Assembly: GCF_009914755.1 (NCBI RefSeq) | Contig: NC_060935.1 | Strand: one strand, 5' to 3' | DNA from: the human T2T-CHM13v2.0 reference genome, Homo sapiens | DNA length: 64,000 nt | Shown here: positions 29,440 through 42,400 of the stretch, piece by piece | Layout of the letters: each line of letters starts with the position of its first letter | Position numbering within the stretch: the first letter of the stretch is position 1 | Made by a program: the position numbers and the translations under genes | The notes under the pieces: model-generated | Told to the model about the DNA's origin: nothing | Seen by the model: only the letters and a program-made list of their open reading frames with translations | Databases searched by the model: none

Positions 29440-29962
29440 ATACTCTTCTTACACTGTGACATTGACACTTGAGGGCAGGGTCTATGTGTGTCCCCCACCC
29501 CACCTTGAATCTGGGCTGACTTCTGTGATTGCCTTGACCCACAAAATGTGGCAGAAGTGCTGCTGCATGACTTTTCAGGCTACGTCATAAAAAGCAATAT
29601 GGCTTCTACCTGGCTCTCTCGCTCTCGCTCTCTCAGTGCTTGCTTTCCCTTGCGGTCCAGCCACCATGTTTTAAGGAAACACTGGCCACACAGAGTAGCC
29701 AAACGTAGGTGTTCCAGCTGATAGATCCACTAAGGCCCCATCAAGTGCCAGACAGGTGAGTGCTTGAGACTCCAAATGATTCTAGCCTCCTGTCTTCAAG
29801 TATTTCAGTCAAGGCCCTATACGATGTGAGCCAGAGGCAAGCCATCTCTATTGTACCCTATCTGAATTCCTCACTCACGGAAACCATGAGAGGTGATGAA
29901 CAACTCATTTTAACTCATCAAGGTATGAGATGATTCATCATACAGCAATAGAGAATATGGAC
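29440..29962 (+). mobile_element. MLT1G/H-like MaLR LTR
   Basis: ccttgaatctgggctg..gcagaagtg..cagccaccatg..atacagcaataga. Confidence 0.75.
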
Positions 29963-30513
29963 GGATTTAGCAGTTGAGACCTCTGAAAAATAGAGACATG
30001 GCAACCTTGAAACATGACCCTAGATATATATACTTCTCCTGTCCCCTCTTTCCACTGCTTCTTCACACCTATCAAATAACTTTTTTCAGGTTAATTATGG
30101 AAGCACTAGTGTAAAGTTGAAAATCACCATTGCACTTGTTACAACAGGAATCTCAAGAAATACACTCACTCCTACGTGACTACTGTACATGTGCTGTCTA
30201 ACTTACATGGTTATCATATTATGTTCTTGAATTCATCCATTGTACAGTGGAAAATACTGAAAATATAAATATTTCTATCTCTGAGGTACAAAAGAAAAAG
30301 TTTGATTTGAGATTCAGTGAACTAAATTAATATCCTGGGTCCCTTAAAAATTTGTTTTGGTATCACTAATTTATTTTTCTCCCCACAGGGAGCTCAGTAA
30401 GCAGCGAGGCAGTCAGCCAGAACTTGAGAGTATCCAAGGGGCCCTCTACTCCAAAGGAAGCAATTACCAGACATTCTTCATAAAAGGTCTCATTTAATAC
30501 CTGCATAAACCCT

Positions 30514-30843
30514 CCAATATGGTGAAACCCCATCTCTACTAAAAATATAAAAATTAGCTGGGTGTGGTGGCGGGCACCTGTAATCTCAGCTACTAGGGTG
30601 GCTGAGGCAGGAGAATCGCTTGAACCCGGGAGGCGAGACCATTGCACTCCAGCCTGAGTGACAGAGCAAGACTTCATCTACAAAAACAAAAAACAAACAA
30701 ACAAAAAAACCTCGCTCACACCTGTAATCCCAGCACTTTAGGAGGCCAAAGAGGGTGGAACACTTGAGGTCAGGAGTTTGAGACCAGGCTGGCCAACATG
30801 GTGAAACACCGCCTCTATTAAAAAATAAAAATAAATAAATAAA
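30514..30843 (+). mobile_element. Permuted or tandem Alu: 3' two-thirds (30514-30709) followed by a left monomer (30714-30843)
   Basis: Direct read of Alu segments in swapped order; flanking ataaaccc repeats. Confidence 0.9.
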
Positions 30844-31114
30844 CCCGTGCAGCTAATCTACAGTCCCATTTTAAGGATGAGAAAACTGAAGCACAGAAAA
30901 GTAAGATAGAGGCTCTTCCTAAACACATTTAGATTATATAAATTAAACCATGCACATTCAGTCAAAATATAAAACAGGATACTTATTTTTAACAGTGCCC
31001 ATGGCTCTAGCCATTTCACTCAATAAGCACTTGCTTCAGATATCCTGTGAAAAGACTTCACCTTAAAGTGTGTGGCCACACGGGTATACTTGAGTCTGTA
31101 CTGAAAGAATGTGA

Positions 31115-31180
31115 AGATTGCAACACTGCACTCCAGCTTGGGTGACAGAATGAGACCCTGTTTTAACAACAACAAAAAAA
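31115..31180 (+). mobile_element. Severely 5'-truncated Alu
   Basis: cactgcactccagcttgggtgacaga plus A tail; approximate TSD gtgaaga. Confidence 0.85.
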
Positions 31181-31489
31181 GCGTGAAGAGCTTTCAGAGT
31201 TTTAGAGGTGATTTTGCCTGTACACACTAACTTAAGAAGCTGACCCTCATCACCATCAGGCCCCCACCCGGCAATAATTTGTCCAAGGTCATAAAACTAG
31301 CAGGTGGTACAGCAGAAGTTCAAAGTCAAGTCTATCTGACTCAGAATCATGTTTAATCCTCTCTGCTATATATATTTTTTCTACAAATCCACCATGTTTA
31401 TTTGACAGATTTGCACGTCTGCTTGCTTGGGGAAATCTCACCTATATACATCATAATCAGGGTCACAACAACCAAGAGGAATGGAGTCC

Positions 31490-32030
31490 ATGTAGAGCAC
31501 TGGTGGAGAGCATTGGCTCTGGACCCAGCTGCCTGGGCTTTAACCCCAGCTCTGCAACTTACCTGCCATGTGAATGTTTTCGTTAGCTATTGTTGTATAA
31601 TAAACCACCCTAAAAGTTTGTGATTTAAAGCAATAATTTACTATTAGCTCTCATGGTTCTGTGGGCACACTGGGTTTAGCTGGGTGGTTCTGGAGTCTCT
31701 CGTGCAGTTGCAGTCAGTATTTAACTGGTGCTACAGTAATATAAGGCTCAACTGGGCTTATGACATCACTTGTGCTGTATTTCCTTGGTCAAAGTTTAGT
31801 CACAGGGCCAGCAGAGATTCCAGGAAGACTCAACTTTGGAGACAAGCTACCATAGCAACCTTGGGCAATTCATTTATATTGTGCTTCATTTTTTTCCCTC
31901 CAAAAAAATGAAGGTGATAAAAGTGCCTATTTGATAAGATGTTATAAGAATCAAATGAGGTAGTACATGGAATGTGGTAAGAAGAGAACCTGGCACATAA
32001 CAGATGCTCAATGAAAGTTACTACTATTAC
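31490..32030. mobile_element. MIR (plus) split by an MLT1-like fragment (about 31580-31860)
   Basis: MIR halves ..acttacctgccatgtga and ccttgggcaattcattta..; the insert starts gttagctattgttgtataataaaccacc. Confidence 0.6.
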
Positions 32031-33099
32031 TCTTTCTGAGGCATACCATGCTAGATACTGGGGCGCTATTGCTTTATACCCCCTAAATGCCTTAATCACA
32101 CTACACTACACACTACACTACTACTAATGCCTTAACCACACTACTTAATCATCATTAGGGCCATGATTATTCTTGAAGACAGCCTCATAAGGGCTTCCTG
32201 GGGACTCTTTGTCATGCTCCATAAGGCTCATTTCCACCAAGAACAAATGCAGAAGCACTCTCATTTGTTGTCAACACAGATTCCAATGATTGATGATGCC
32301 TCAAAGCCAGCCACACTCAACAGGCTCTCAGGCAAAAAGATCAAGGAGTGTACTCACCAACCCTCTTCAAAATTTTTAATAAGTTTATCAGTAAACTGTC
32401 TCCCATCCACTCCAGAACCCGAGCCAAGGATTTCTGCTCTTCCAGGGGTCAGCTTCAAAGACGCAGGGGCGAGAAGGGAATTCGTGGTTCCCAGTACTCT
32501 TGGCACCAGGCTTGAGAACTTTCTGCACAACAGGCCAGTTGACTGAGGTTCCTTTTGAAAAAAATGAGAGAAGTTACCCCAGGCTTTGCTCAACTGAAAG
32601 CCTACATGGTTCTCAGGAAATCCTTGGCCTGGCCAATCCACAGCCACATTCTCTATCACAGCACAAAGATTTTTACCAGGATCTTGCCACATGGAACTGC
32701 TGCATCAAAGCCTAAATATAGGTATTAGGGAGATCAGACCCACATGGTAGAAATATGGTAGCATCATTTAATGCAGGCTTACTTATTTGCCTTTTAGATT
32801 TCTACAGAATCCTCAGGAAGTAGCTGGGCATTGCTGTTCATTCTAAACAGAGTCACCAGTTCATCTACTTAAGTTCTCAAAGATCCTTGGCAAAGCTGGC
32901 CGTTTTAGTGAGTGGCACAGACTGATACTTGTGTGGTGGAAGTTGAGACACATCAGAGTGAACCTTCTGCTCAAAACTGCTTCACTTCCATTTGCCATAC
33001 TTCATGAAACACCATCAAATGTTTTTTTGTTTTTTGTGACCATGTCCTCTTGAAAAAGAAAAATTTCCTAGATTTAGTTACTTCCTTGTGGAAATATAT

Positions 33100-33500
33100 T
33101 AGTCATAGCTCTGGCTAATATTTAAGGGGGAAAAAAACAAAGGAGAGAGAGGAGGAAGATATATGTGTTGACTAGTATTTGAGCAAACAGTAGGCAAGGC
33201 AAGAGTAGAACTAGACCCAAGAGAAAACCAGAAGGAAGCAGGGGCTTGATATCTGTAGGACTCTCTACCTCTCAAATGTGTCTGCTTTTTCTTTTTATCT
33301 TGAGCAAAATCTCTACAATTGGAGACGTGTACACTAGCAACTATAGGCTTATATTCTTTTACACTTGAAAATCAGAGACAAGAGAGAAAATTGTGTCCCT
33401 GATAGTTCAAAAAATATATATCCTAGGGGAGAACTGTGACTGGCCAGTCTTGATTAGGTGGTATTTATCTATGAACCAATCACTGTGGCCAGGAAACAGA
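33100..33500 (-). mobile_element. Old MLT1-like LTR
   Basis: tgactggccagtcttgattaggtg..gaaccaatcactgtggccagg. Confidence 0.55.
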
Positions 33501-34404
33501 GTCATAAAATAAAAACTCCCATCTATTTCCTGTAATGGGAGATACAAAAGCGGTTCGTTAAAGGGAAAACAGTAAGATTCCCAAAAGAAGGAAGAGATCC
33601 TTGGTGCTCACACACCAAAAAAACTCATTAATAGCAACAACAGGTATTGTCAGCCTACAACACTTAAAAGTATATTATTTTATCAAATCAATTTTCTAGG
33701 TGAGACTAACGGACTGAGGAAAAAGAATGTTGCTGGTAGGAATGGGAATTGAAAAAATAAAGAAGAGGGGTCATTTTGACTGGGACTTGTATATATTTAC
33801 AACTATATTTACAATTAATTGTAATTTGTGTTACTGTTTCATATAAATACATTTGCAAATATACATGTGACATAATTTTGCCTAGAAAATATATTTACTG
33901 CAGTCATGGCCTCTAAGAAGACAAAAATTAGATAAGGGGGCAGCAAGTCTCTGTATAAAGGATGCTAGGAGTGGTATCAGTTTGGGGTGGGGTAGTAGCC
34001 AAGAAAAAGAGTAAGAAAGGCAAAGTGAGAGACTTCAAAAAATAAACTTTACAGCCCTCAGAGTTTTGCCTTCAACACACAGCCTGTGGTTTTGATTTTT
34101 GGATCTGTCTGCTTTCCTCATTCAGTAGCTTCAGTTTTTCTCCAAGATAAACAATCTAGGTACATTCTGCCATGCCTCAGATGGAATCACAACATCTATT
34201 ATGTGCCTGGATTTGCAAATCTAGTGCTACCTCCTTCCATTTCCAGCCTGAAAATAGTGGACAACTCCAGCAGGTCTCTGATGCAAATCCAAGTGCCTAT
34301 AACAATTGCATGCCTGATGCAGAAAATTTCATTGAATGAGAAGAATCAGGACTGAAAAGAATCACATTTACTGGCTACATTTTGCCAAATGAGATTTCAA
34401 ACTT

Positions 34405-34570
34405 TCTTTTTTGTTTGTTTTCATTGATACATAATTATTGTACATTTTTATGGGGTACATGTGATATTTTGACATATGCATACAATGTGTAATGACCAAA
34501 TCAGGGTAACTGAGATATCCATCACCTCAAACATTTATCATCTCTTTGTGTTGAGAAGATTCCAAATCAA
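34405..34570 (-). mobile_element. L1MA 3' end
   Basis: ttgtacattttatggggtacatgtgatattttgac..catcacctcaaacatttatc. Confidence 0.85.
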
Positions 34571-35156
34571 AGTTAATTCTTTGGTGCGTTTATTGAGAAC
34601 AGCTACTCAGCTATTTTCCCTTTTACCTTCTCAGATATATTGTGTCCAGACCTTGCCCTTATTTATATACCATTTCCTCCTTCCATACACACACACACAC
34701 ACACACACAAACACGAGTCTCTGTCATTCCACCTTCAATCTTGTATTTCAAACTTTCTTTAAAATTTCTTAAAATTCTCAACCTCCTACATGAGGTAAGA
34801 CCATGTAAACCTTGCTACTTGACTTTAGAACAGAGCGTTAAAATAGTTATTTGCTCTTTGCAGAGAGCATTGATATTCACCTGTACAACTGCTATATCAA
34901 AGGAGAAGCTCCAAGATAATTCAGCTCTCTTCCCCTGTGAAATGGGAGTAATCGTAGTCATGTAGTCATAGTGACAGGTGCAATGGTTCTGGGTCTGCAA
35001 CACAGGAAAAGATCACTAAATAATGGTAATATCCACCTCACTCCTGTCAAAGAATGAACTTCAGTATTGGGGCCTTCTCAAAACATCTCCCAACTCTGTA
35101 GAAATCACAGTGTCTAATTGGCCAGGTCAAAATGGCCAAATCAAAATCTCCCCCTC

Positions 35157-35449
35157 TTTTCTTTTTTTGAGACAGAGTCTAGCTCTGTAGCCCAGGCTAG
35201 AGTGCAGTGGTGCAATCTCGGCTCACTGCTAGCTCCACCTCCCGGGTTCACGCCATTCTCCTGCCTCAGCCTCCCGAGTAGTTGGGACTACAGGCGCCCG
35301 CCACCACGCCCGGCTAATTTTTTGTATTTTTAGTAGAGACGAGGTTTCACCGTGTTAGCCAGGATGGTCTCGATCTCCTGACCTCGTGATCCGCCTGCCT
35401 CGGCCTCCCAAAGTGCTGGGATTACAAGCGTGAGCCATCGCGCCCGGCC
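35157..35449 (-). mobile_element. AluY, CpG-rich
   Basis: AluY-type positions, many intact CpGs, TSD aatctcccc(c)ctctt. Confidence 0.96.
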
Positions 35450-35479
35450 AATCTCCCCCCCTCTTAATTCATTACCTTC

Positions 35480-35800
35480 TATCTCGCAGGAAGTTTTCCT
35501 CTTCCTCTATTTAAAGGTAATACTGTGCCCTAGAGACAGCTCCTTCACCCCCCTCAGTATTCTTCTCCCCACCTTCTCACCTCCTTCTAATCTTTTTTCC
35601 ACCCACATCCTCCTTTCTTCTCCCTTTAGCCTCTCCCTCCGCAGGCACCTTCCTCTCACTTCCAAAACACACACTTGGGTCTCCAACTGATCTCCCTTGA
35701 AGAGGAAGTTGTATCTTTCTGCGCGAGGAACTGCCTCCTGCTTAGTAGGGCCAACATTTAAGGGGGAAGTGAGGTGAGTGTTGCGAGGGTCGTGGTTAGT
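35480..35800. promoter_or_regulatory. Candidate ETS/PU.1-rich promoter or enhancer
   Basis: About eight GGAA-core motifs including GAGGAAGT (35702), GAGGAACT (35725) and GGGGAAGT (35763); several CpGs; donor GAG|GTGAGT at 35774. Confidence 0.45.
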
Positions 35801-37063
35801 TGGGGAAGGAGCTGAAGGACAGGAGAGGGAAAGGAGAGAGAGCATGAGAGTGTGGGAGCATGTTTTCTGAGGACTTAGTAAAAAGCATTCTGTTTACCGA
35901 GTCCTCAGAACACAAACGTAGCACAAGTTAAATCTTGCTGACCACAGTGCTGACACAGACCATGTCAGACATAGGAGGAGGACCATACAGCTGAGAAGAG
36001 TATAGAATAACACACAGGGAAAAACTAAAACATTGACAGGCTGCAGGATGCAGAAATATTACTGAAATTCAGTGGAGGAAAAAAACTTGGTTATAACAAA
36101 TATGACCCATATAGACTTTCCAGGTTGATACTAGCAGAAGTATAGGTACAAAGCAATAGTTGTGGTCAAGTCAGGGAGATGGTGCTAGATTCCCGGGCTC
36201 TCATAATGAAGAGATTTTTCCACATTTTTTGGTGAAAAAAACAAGAAACCTGATATTACTAAAAGGTCACCTTCTTTCCACTCTCTAACAGGTGAAATTA
36301 AACTGATAGCTTTGTAAATTAAATTACATTTTCTCAATGAATGGCAACTACCAACAGGCTGTCTTTTATGATTGATCTTCCATTGGCTACTTGTCCTTAA
36401 TGCTTTAGTTTTCAGTTTGTCTTCCCCTGTCAAATGGCTAATGAACCATAAACAAGCACTTAAGACAAGCACTGATTTTGTATTACTAAGAATTATTTTC
36501 TAATTCAGATTATGAACCCTCTTCCTTCTTTTATTTCTATAATAGTCTGACTTGTTTAGATTTTCTTAAGGAGAGGTGAATACAACAAAAGTATCTAGAA
36601 AAAAATTTCTTCCTACATCATGTTTCTAAATCCCATCGAAAGTGTTTTCTCTCTTTCCAAAGCCTCAGGATAAAAGAAAAGCCTATTCTTCCCTAGCCTT
36701 GTCATTCACTCTGAACGAGCAGCCTGACCTAGTTCTCCCATTTAGTTTCACAAAGTCCTGCGAGTACCAGCAGGAAAAAAAAAAAAGACCAAAACCCATT
36801 TACTAGTCGCTCAACATCAAACATATATACACAGACAGATTTTAAAATGAACAACTTAGGGAGTATGAATTGAATTTTAATATAATCATGGATTCAGATT
36901 TGCAAGAATATGACTTACTTTTCTCATAATTGAACTTTGTTAGTTTCCAAGCTCCCACTTTCACCAATGGGAAGAAAATTGAATCTTGTAATTCAAAGTA
37001 AATTAAATCATCCTGCTTTAAAACTCAAAATGGCTCTTTCTGGCCTAAATATTCAGTTAATTT

Positions 37064-37200
<137 letters not shown>

Positions 37201-37628
37201 ATTCAGTTAATTTAAGATTTCCAAACTCCTCCTTAGTTTTCTCTTCTCTTTCCCAGTGACTGAATTAAAGTACGGGAGGTAGCAAGGGGTTTTGTATCAT
37301 CCTGGCAACATGGGAGAGGCACTTGCGGCATGTTGAACTCTGTGCTGGCCTCTGTTCAGCTGGCCCTGGTTTACAGTAGCTGTTTCTACTGCACCTGCCA
37401 CCCATTGTCTGCAGTCCTCCCTATAAAGACCTCACAGGTTTCTCCGTGTCCATCCCATCCCCACTATGAGTTCTCTCTCTCTCTCTCTCTCCATCCACTA
37501 TGAGTTTTCTCTCTCTCTCTCTCCCTGCTTCTCCTGTACTCCCTCACTTCCCCCCCACCCCCAACACTCATTTGCCCTTCTCAGCCTATCTCTTCACTCA
37601 CACCACCTGGGACTATGAAACATCATCA

Positions 37629-37958
<330 letters not shown>

Positions 37959-38639
37959 TGGAAACATCATTAAGGCTCAAGGTGAAGTGGACAGTGGTGC
38001 TAGTTTTCTCTCTGCTACTCCTGAGTGGTCACCATTTCTACTTAACCATGGCAACACTACCACCACTACTACCACATTGAATATGGCCTGCTATGAGTCT
38101 ATCTCTTCTCAGAGTTTCCAGCAGGACATGGGACTTCGATCTTCTAATGTTCTCTAATCCTCAAGTCTATCAGAGTCTTCAAAGGGATCCATGTCCATTA
38201 CTCAGTCTCTGACACCCCTCTATCTAGCCTTTCTCTCTCCTCCCTTCAGGTGGTCAACTGTTTCTCCCAGTTCATCAAGGAGCAAAAGACAAGATTTTAC
38301 CCCATCATGCATTCTTTTGAATCTACTGTTTTCTGCATAAGCTCTACACTTTATTTCCCTCAAGGTTTTGGCTCTTGATAGACAAAGCCAAGTTCTAGGT
38401 CTTCAAACCCATTTTCTTTCTTCATTCTCTTGCCTTTTAAAGATTTCTTCACTACTAAGAATTTTGAAACATCAATTCAGCAGTTCAACTGACTTATTAC
38501 TCTTGGTTGCTGTCTGCCCCCCACATCTCAAGAAATAGATACAGAAAACTACCACTATTAGCTGTGGAAATGGAGAGTGGAAACCTAAGTTTATGTTTCT
38601 ATGATTTGCAATATCTTTATATTGCAGCTTGTGATTAAT

Positions 38640-39290
38640 TCCATCAACAAAAGTTTTAGGGGCAGGCACTCTTCCAGGTTTGGGGCATTCCCTGCACTTA
38701 TAAAGTCTGCACTCTAGTTGGGCGACATAGAATAGACAATTAAAGGAATGAATAAAGAAGATAATTTCTAATTATTGTAAGTGCTATGAAGTAAATGAAA
38801 GGGTGATATGATAAAGAGTGATTGGAGAAAAAAGATCAAGTAAGTTTCCTCTAAGTCGGTGCAATCTGAGCTGAGATCTGAAGAATAAAAGGAGTCAGAC
38901 ACGTGAGCAGCCAAGACAGGTCTTTCTAGGAAGAGAAAGGAGCAAGTGCAAAGGTCCAGTGGCAGGAAAGAGCTCAGTATGTTCAATGAACTGAGAGAAG
39001 GCAATGAAACTAGAACATGGTAGACATAAAGGAGAAATTAGAAAAAAGACAAAACCAAATTATGTGGATTTCAGTAGGCCATAGTAAACAGCCCAAGTGT
39101 TTACTAAACAAAATGAAAAGTCACTGGCGAGTCTTGATTAGAGAAATTGTACGTGTTGTATGCTTTTGAAAAGACTGCTCTGTTTGGAGAATGGCCAGTT
39201 GGGGAAGTAAGAGTAAAATATGATAGCTTTCACTAAAGTGCATCAAGAAGATTTAAAGAAGTAGATGGGTTCACGATCTATTTAAGAAAT
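38640..39290 (-). mobile_element. L2 LINE fragment
   Basis: tgagctgagatctgaagaataaaaggagtcag..gcaagtgcaaaggtcc..gtaggccatagtaa. Confidence 0.75.
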
Positions 39291-40730
39291 ATCCTCAAGG
39301 AGAATTCCTCAGCTCTCTGTGAAAGAGGGTGGAAATGTCAAATTCCCAAATTGTATAATTGTGTCTTTATCATCCCATCATTAATACCAACATTTCAGTG
39401 CCAAGAGCTAACTCACAAATGCTCTTAACATCATACTTGGTTGATCATGAAAGGCTCTTAACCAACTGCCTAAGGAACTTTTGCATGCTAAGATAAGGCC
39501 AGGCATCTCATCGGCAAGCGCTTTCTCTCTAATCTCTTCTGACCCAAAGAACGGATAATAGTTCTCATACCAAACTGCATAAGAATGCTTATGTTCCAAG
39601 TGCCCAAAAACAATTTAATGGTTACTAGTTATGTTCCATCTTAACCTAATGTTAATTTTTTTTTTGTAAAATCCATATTGATTTCCCCCTTTAGCTTTTG
39701 GTCACCAGATAAATCACCCAGAGTTTCAGACTAATTGTTCTGATTATAGCTGGTCATTCTACACCTGAAATAATAGCTACATTGAGAAGAGATAACAACC
39801 AAAACTCCTTCAAAGTTCAAAGTAAACCGTGTGTGGTGTTCGTGAGTTATACATTTCTAAAATAGGCAAGGGTTAGGGATGTTACTAGAAAAATTAGGGA
39901 TCTCCTGTTGTCTTATGTCCTCACCAGCATTCTGAACATTAGAAAGCACACACAAAATCTGGCAGTTAAATGCAATTCAAAGCACTGACAGCATTAATTG
40001 GCCAGGTTAGTGCTTGAGAACCTCATAGGATAGGATTGGCCTGGCCTGGAAAATGCAGCATGAATGTGAGAACTAATTCTTCTATTTTCTAAATTTCTGA
40101 AGCTGTAGCTGAAAGACATTTCTGGAGAGAACATGGCTGCAAATAAAACTCAATCTACCTCCACATTCACCTGCACAAACTTAGTTGGTATCCAAATAAG
40201 GAAAAAGGAGGATTGAGAGATGGGCTCATATAATGTTTTTCAGTACCTTTCCTCTATGCCGCAGTAAAAATGATCTCTAATGAATACCCCAAAACTGTAC
40301 AACTGTGTTAGCTACTCTTCCTGCCTTTACGAGGGATAGGTAAGTAACTAAACAGGGAAATATTCAGTCTAATATAATCTTCTCATAAAAGGGAGAGTAA
40401 AGGTCTCCCACCCATCTTGGGACTATACTCTTGTGTAGTCGACTACAAGAAAATAAACAGTAGCTTTTAGAAGTACAGTATTAACCTGAATAAAAAAAAA
40501 TTTCCTTCACCTTTGATCTTGTGTATAAGCTGAACTTCACTGGAGTTTGACCCCAGAGACAGAGGAGGGATCTGTGTGAAGGATAGTGTTTGCTGTTCCT
40601 TCACCCCCCAACAAAGTTGAGGGTCTTTCTTTGGCCCACTGCTCTTTTCTCTCCTTAAACTTCTCATACTCTTGTATTACCATTTTTTAAGCTGATAACT
40701 CTCAAATCTGTAACTCCAACTATAACCAGC

Positions 40731-41076
40731 TCTATTAGTCAGGGTTCTCTCTCTACATATATATATATCTATGAGATATATATATGTATCTATCTATGAG
40801 ATAGATACGTATCTATCAGATAGATACGTATCTATCTATGAGATAGATATATATCTATGAGATACATAGATATATATCTATGATAGATATATATCTATGA
40901 TAGATACATATATATCTGAGATAGATATATATCTGAGATATATATATCTATGATAGATACATATATATCTGAGATATATATATCTATGATAGATACATAT
41001 ATATCTGAGATATATATATATCTATGAGATAGATATATATCTGAGATAGATATATATATGAGATAGATATATATGT

Positions 41077-41117
<41 letters not shown>

Positions 41118-41503
41118 GGGGAATTTATTAAGTATTAACTCACACGATCACAAGGTCCCATAATAGACCGTCTGCAGGCTGAGAAGCAAGGAGAGCCAGT
41201 CCGAGTTCCAAAACTAAAGAACTTGGAGTTTGATGTTCGAGGGCAGGAAGCATCCTGCACAGGAGAAAGATGTAGGCTGGGAGGCTAGGCCCGTCTCTCT
41301 TTTCACATTTTCTGCCTGTTTATATTCTAGCCGCACTGGCAGCTGATTAGATTGTGCCCACCCAGATTAAGGGTGGATCTGCCTTTCTCAGCCCACTGAC
41401 TCAAATGTTAATCTCCTTTGGCAACACCCTCGCAGACACACCCAGGATCAATACTTTGTATCCTTCAATCCAATCAAGTTGACACCCAGTATTAGCCATC
41501 ATA
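40731..41503 (-). mobile_element. 3' LTR (MLT2A1-type) with expanded microsatellite
   Basis: Matches the 46938-47381 LTR apart from the simple-repeat block. Confidence 0.93.
40753..41112. repeat. Compound (TA)/(GATA)/(TGAGA) simple repeat of about 360 bp
   Basis: Direct read. Confidence 0.97.
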
Positions 41504-41831
41504 AGTGTACCCCTTGTCAACTTGAACCCATACACATCTCCTGAGATCATAAAGACTAATAAGGTCATAATTATGCCTAACTTAATACAACTATCCTTTG
41601 TACAACCAGAAATGCACCAATCTCCAATCTGAATACTATTACATAAAGTTAACAATACTTAAATGCTGATGTGAATTCAATAAATCTTGTTTTACATGAT
41701 AAAGGAGAAAGAAAATAAAATGAAGATATTTCCTTAGTACAAGTGTGTACATGCACAAACATGTTTGTAACAAAGGAAGGAGGAAATACTCATGCCAATT
41801 ACAGTCCTCCTTTCTGCAACTGGTCACATGG

Positions 41832-42400
41832 TCATAGATGGTATTGATGACTACCTTCTACTACCCATTCTGTATTCCTTTTATCTTCAGCAAGCACCTC
41901 AGCAGGTTGTGGTTTTTTTCCTGGTGGAGTGGCACAAACCTTCATTCCTGAGGGGTCTGGGTCATTTGTAGTCCTGCCTGGATTGGCAAGGCTGTTGGGC
42001 TGTTGTAGTTTCCCATTGACCTTAATCACAGGACATGGTAATACTAAGAGACGCCCTAATGGATCTCCTGTATTCCATGCATACTTTTCCTTACCTCCGT
42101 TGTGGAGTAGTAGACTGATTGCATCTTGATAGTCTGGGTCAGTCACCCCAGCCAACACTGTAACTGCCTTCTTAGCCTATTGACTTAAAGGTAGGAGGAG
42201 CCCAAAGTGTCCAGGTGGCAATCTTAACTTCCAGTTTAATTGAATCCTTGTTGTGTCTCCGGGTGGCAGCATTCCTCCCTCTGGAACTAGGACCTCTAGG
42301 CCAGCAGAACGTAATATCGCGGGAACAGGAAACAAAAATTTTGCTAGTGGATCACCAGGGGTGATGGTGAGTGGTGCAACTTCCAATTCCACCCCTTGAT
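41832..42400 (-). pseudogene. HERV-L dUTPase remnant and C-terminal tail
   Basis: LNWKLRLPPGHFGLLLP..LAGVTDPDYQDAISLLLHNGG..GDPLGRLLVLP resembles retroviral dUTPase motifs; disrupted. Confidence 0.88.

Noticed and set aside
40753-41112. Periodic array superficially like a CRISPR or other repeat-spacer system
   Set aside because: No unique spacers; a simple-sequence expansion inside a eukaryotic LTR
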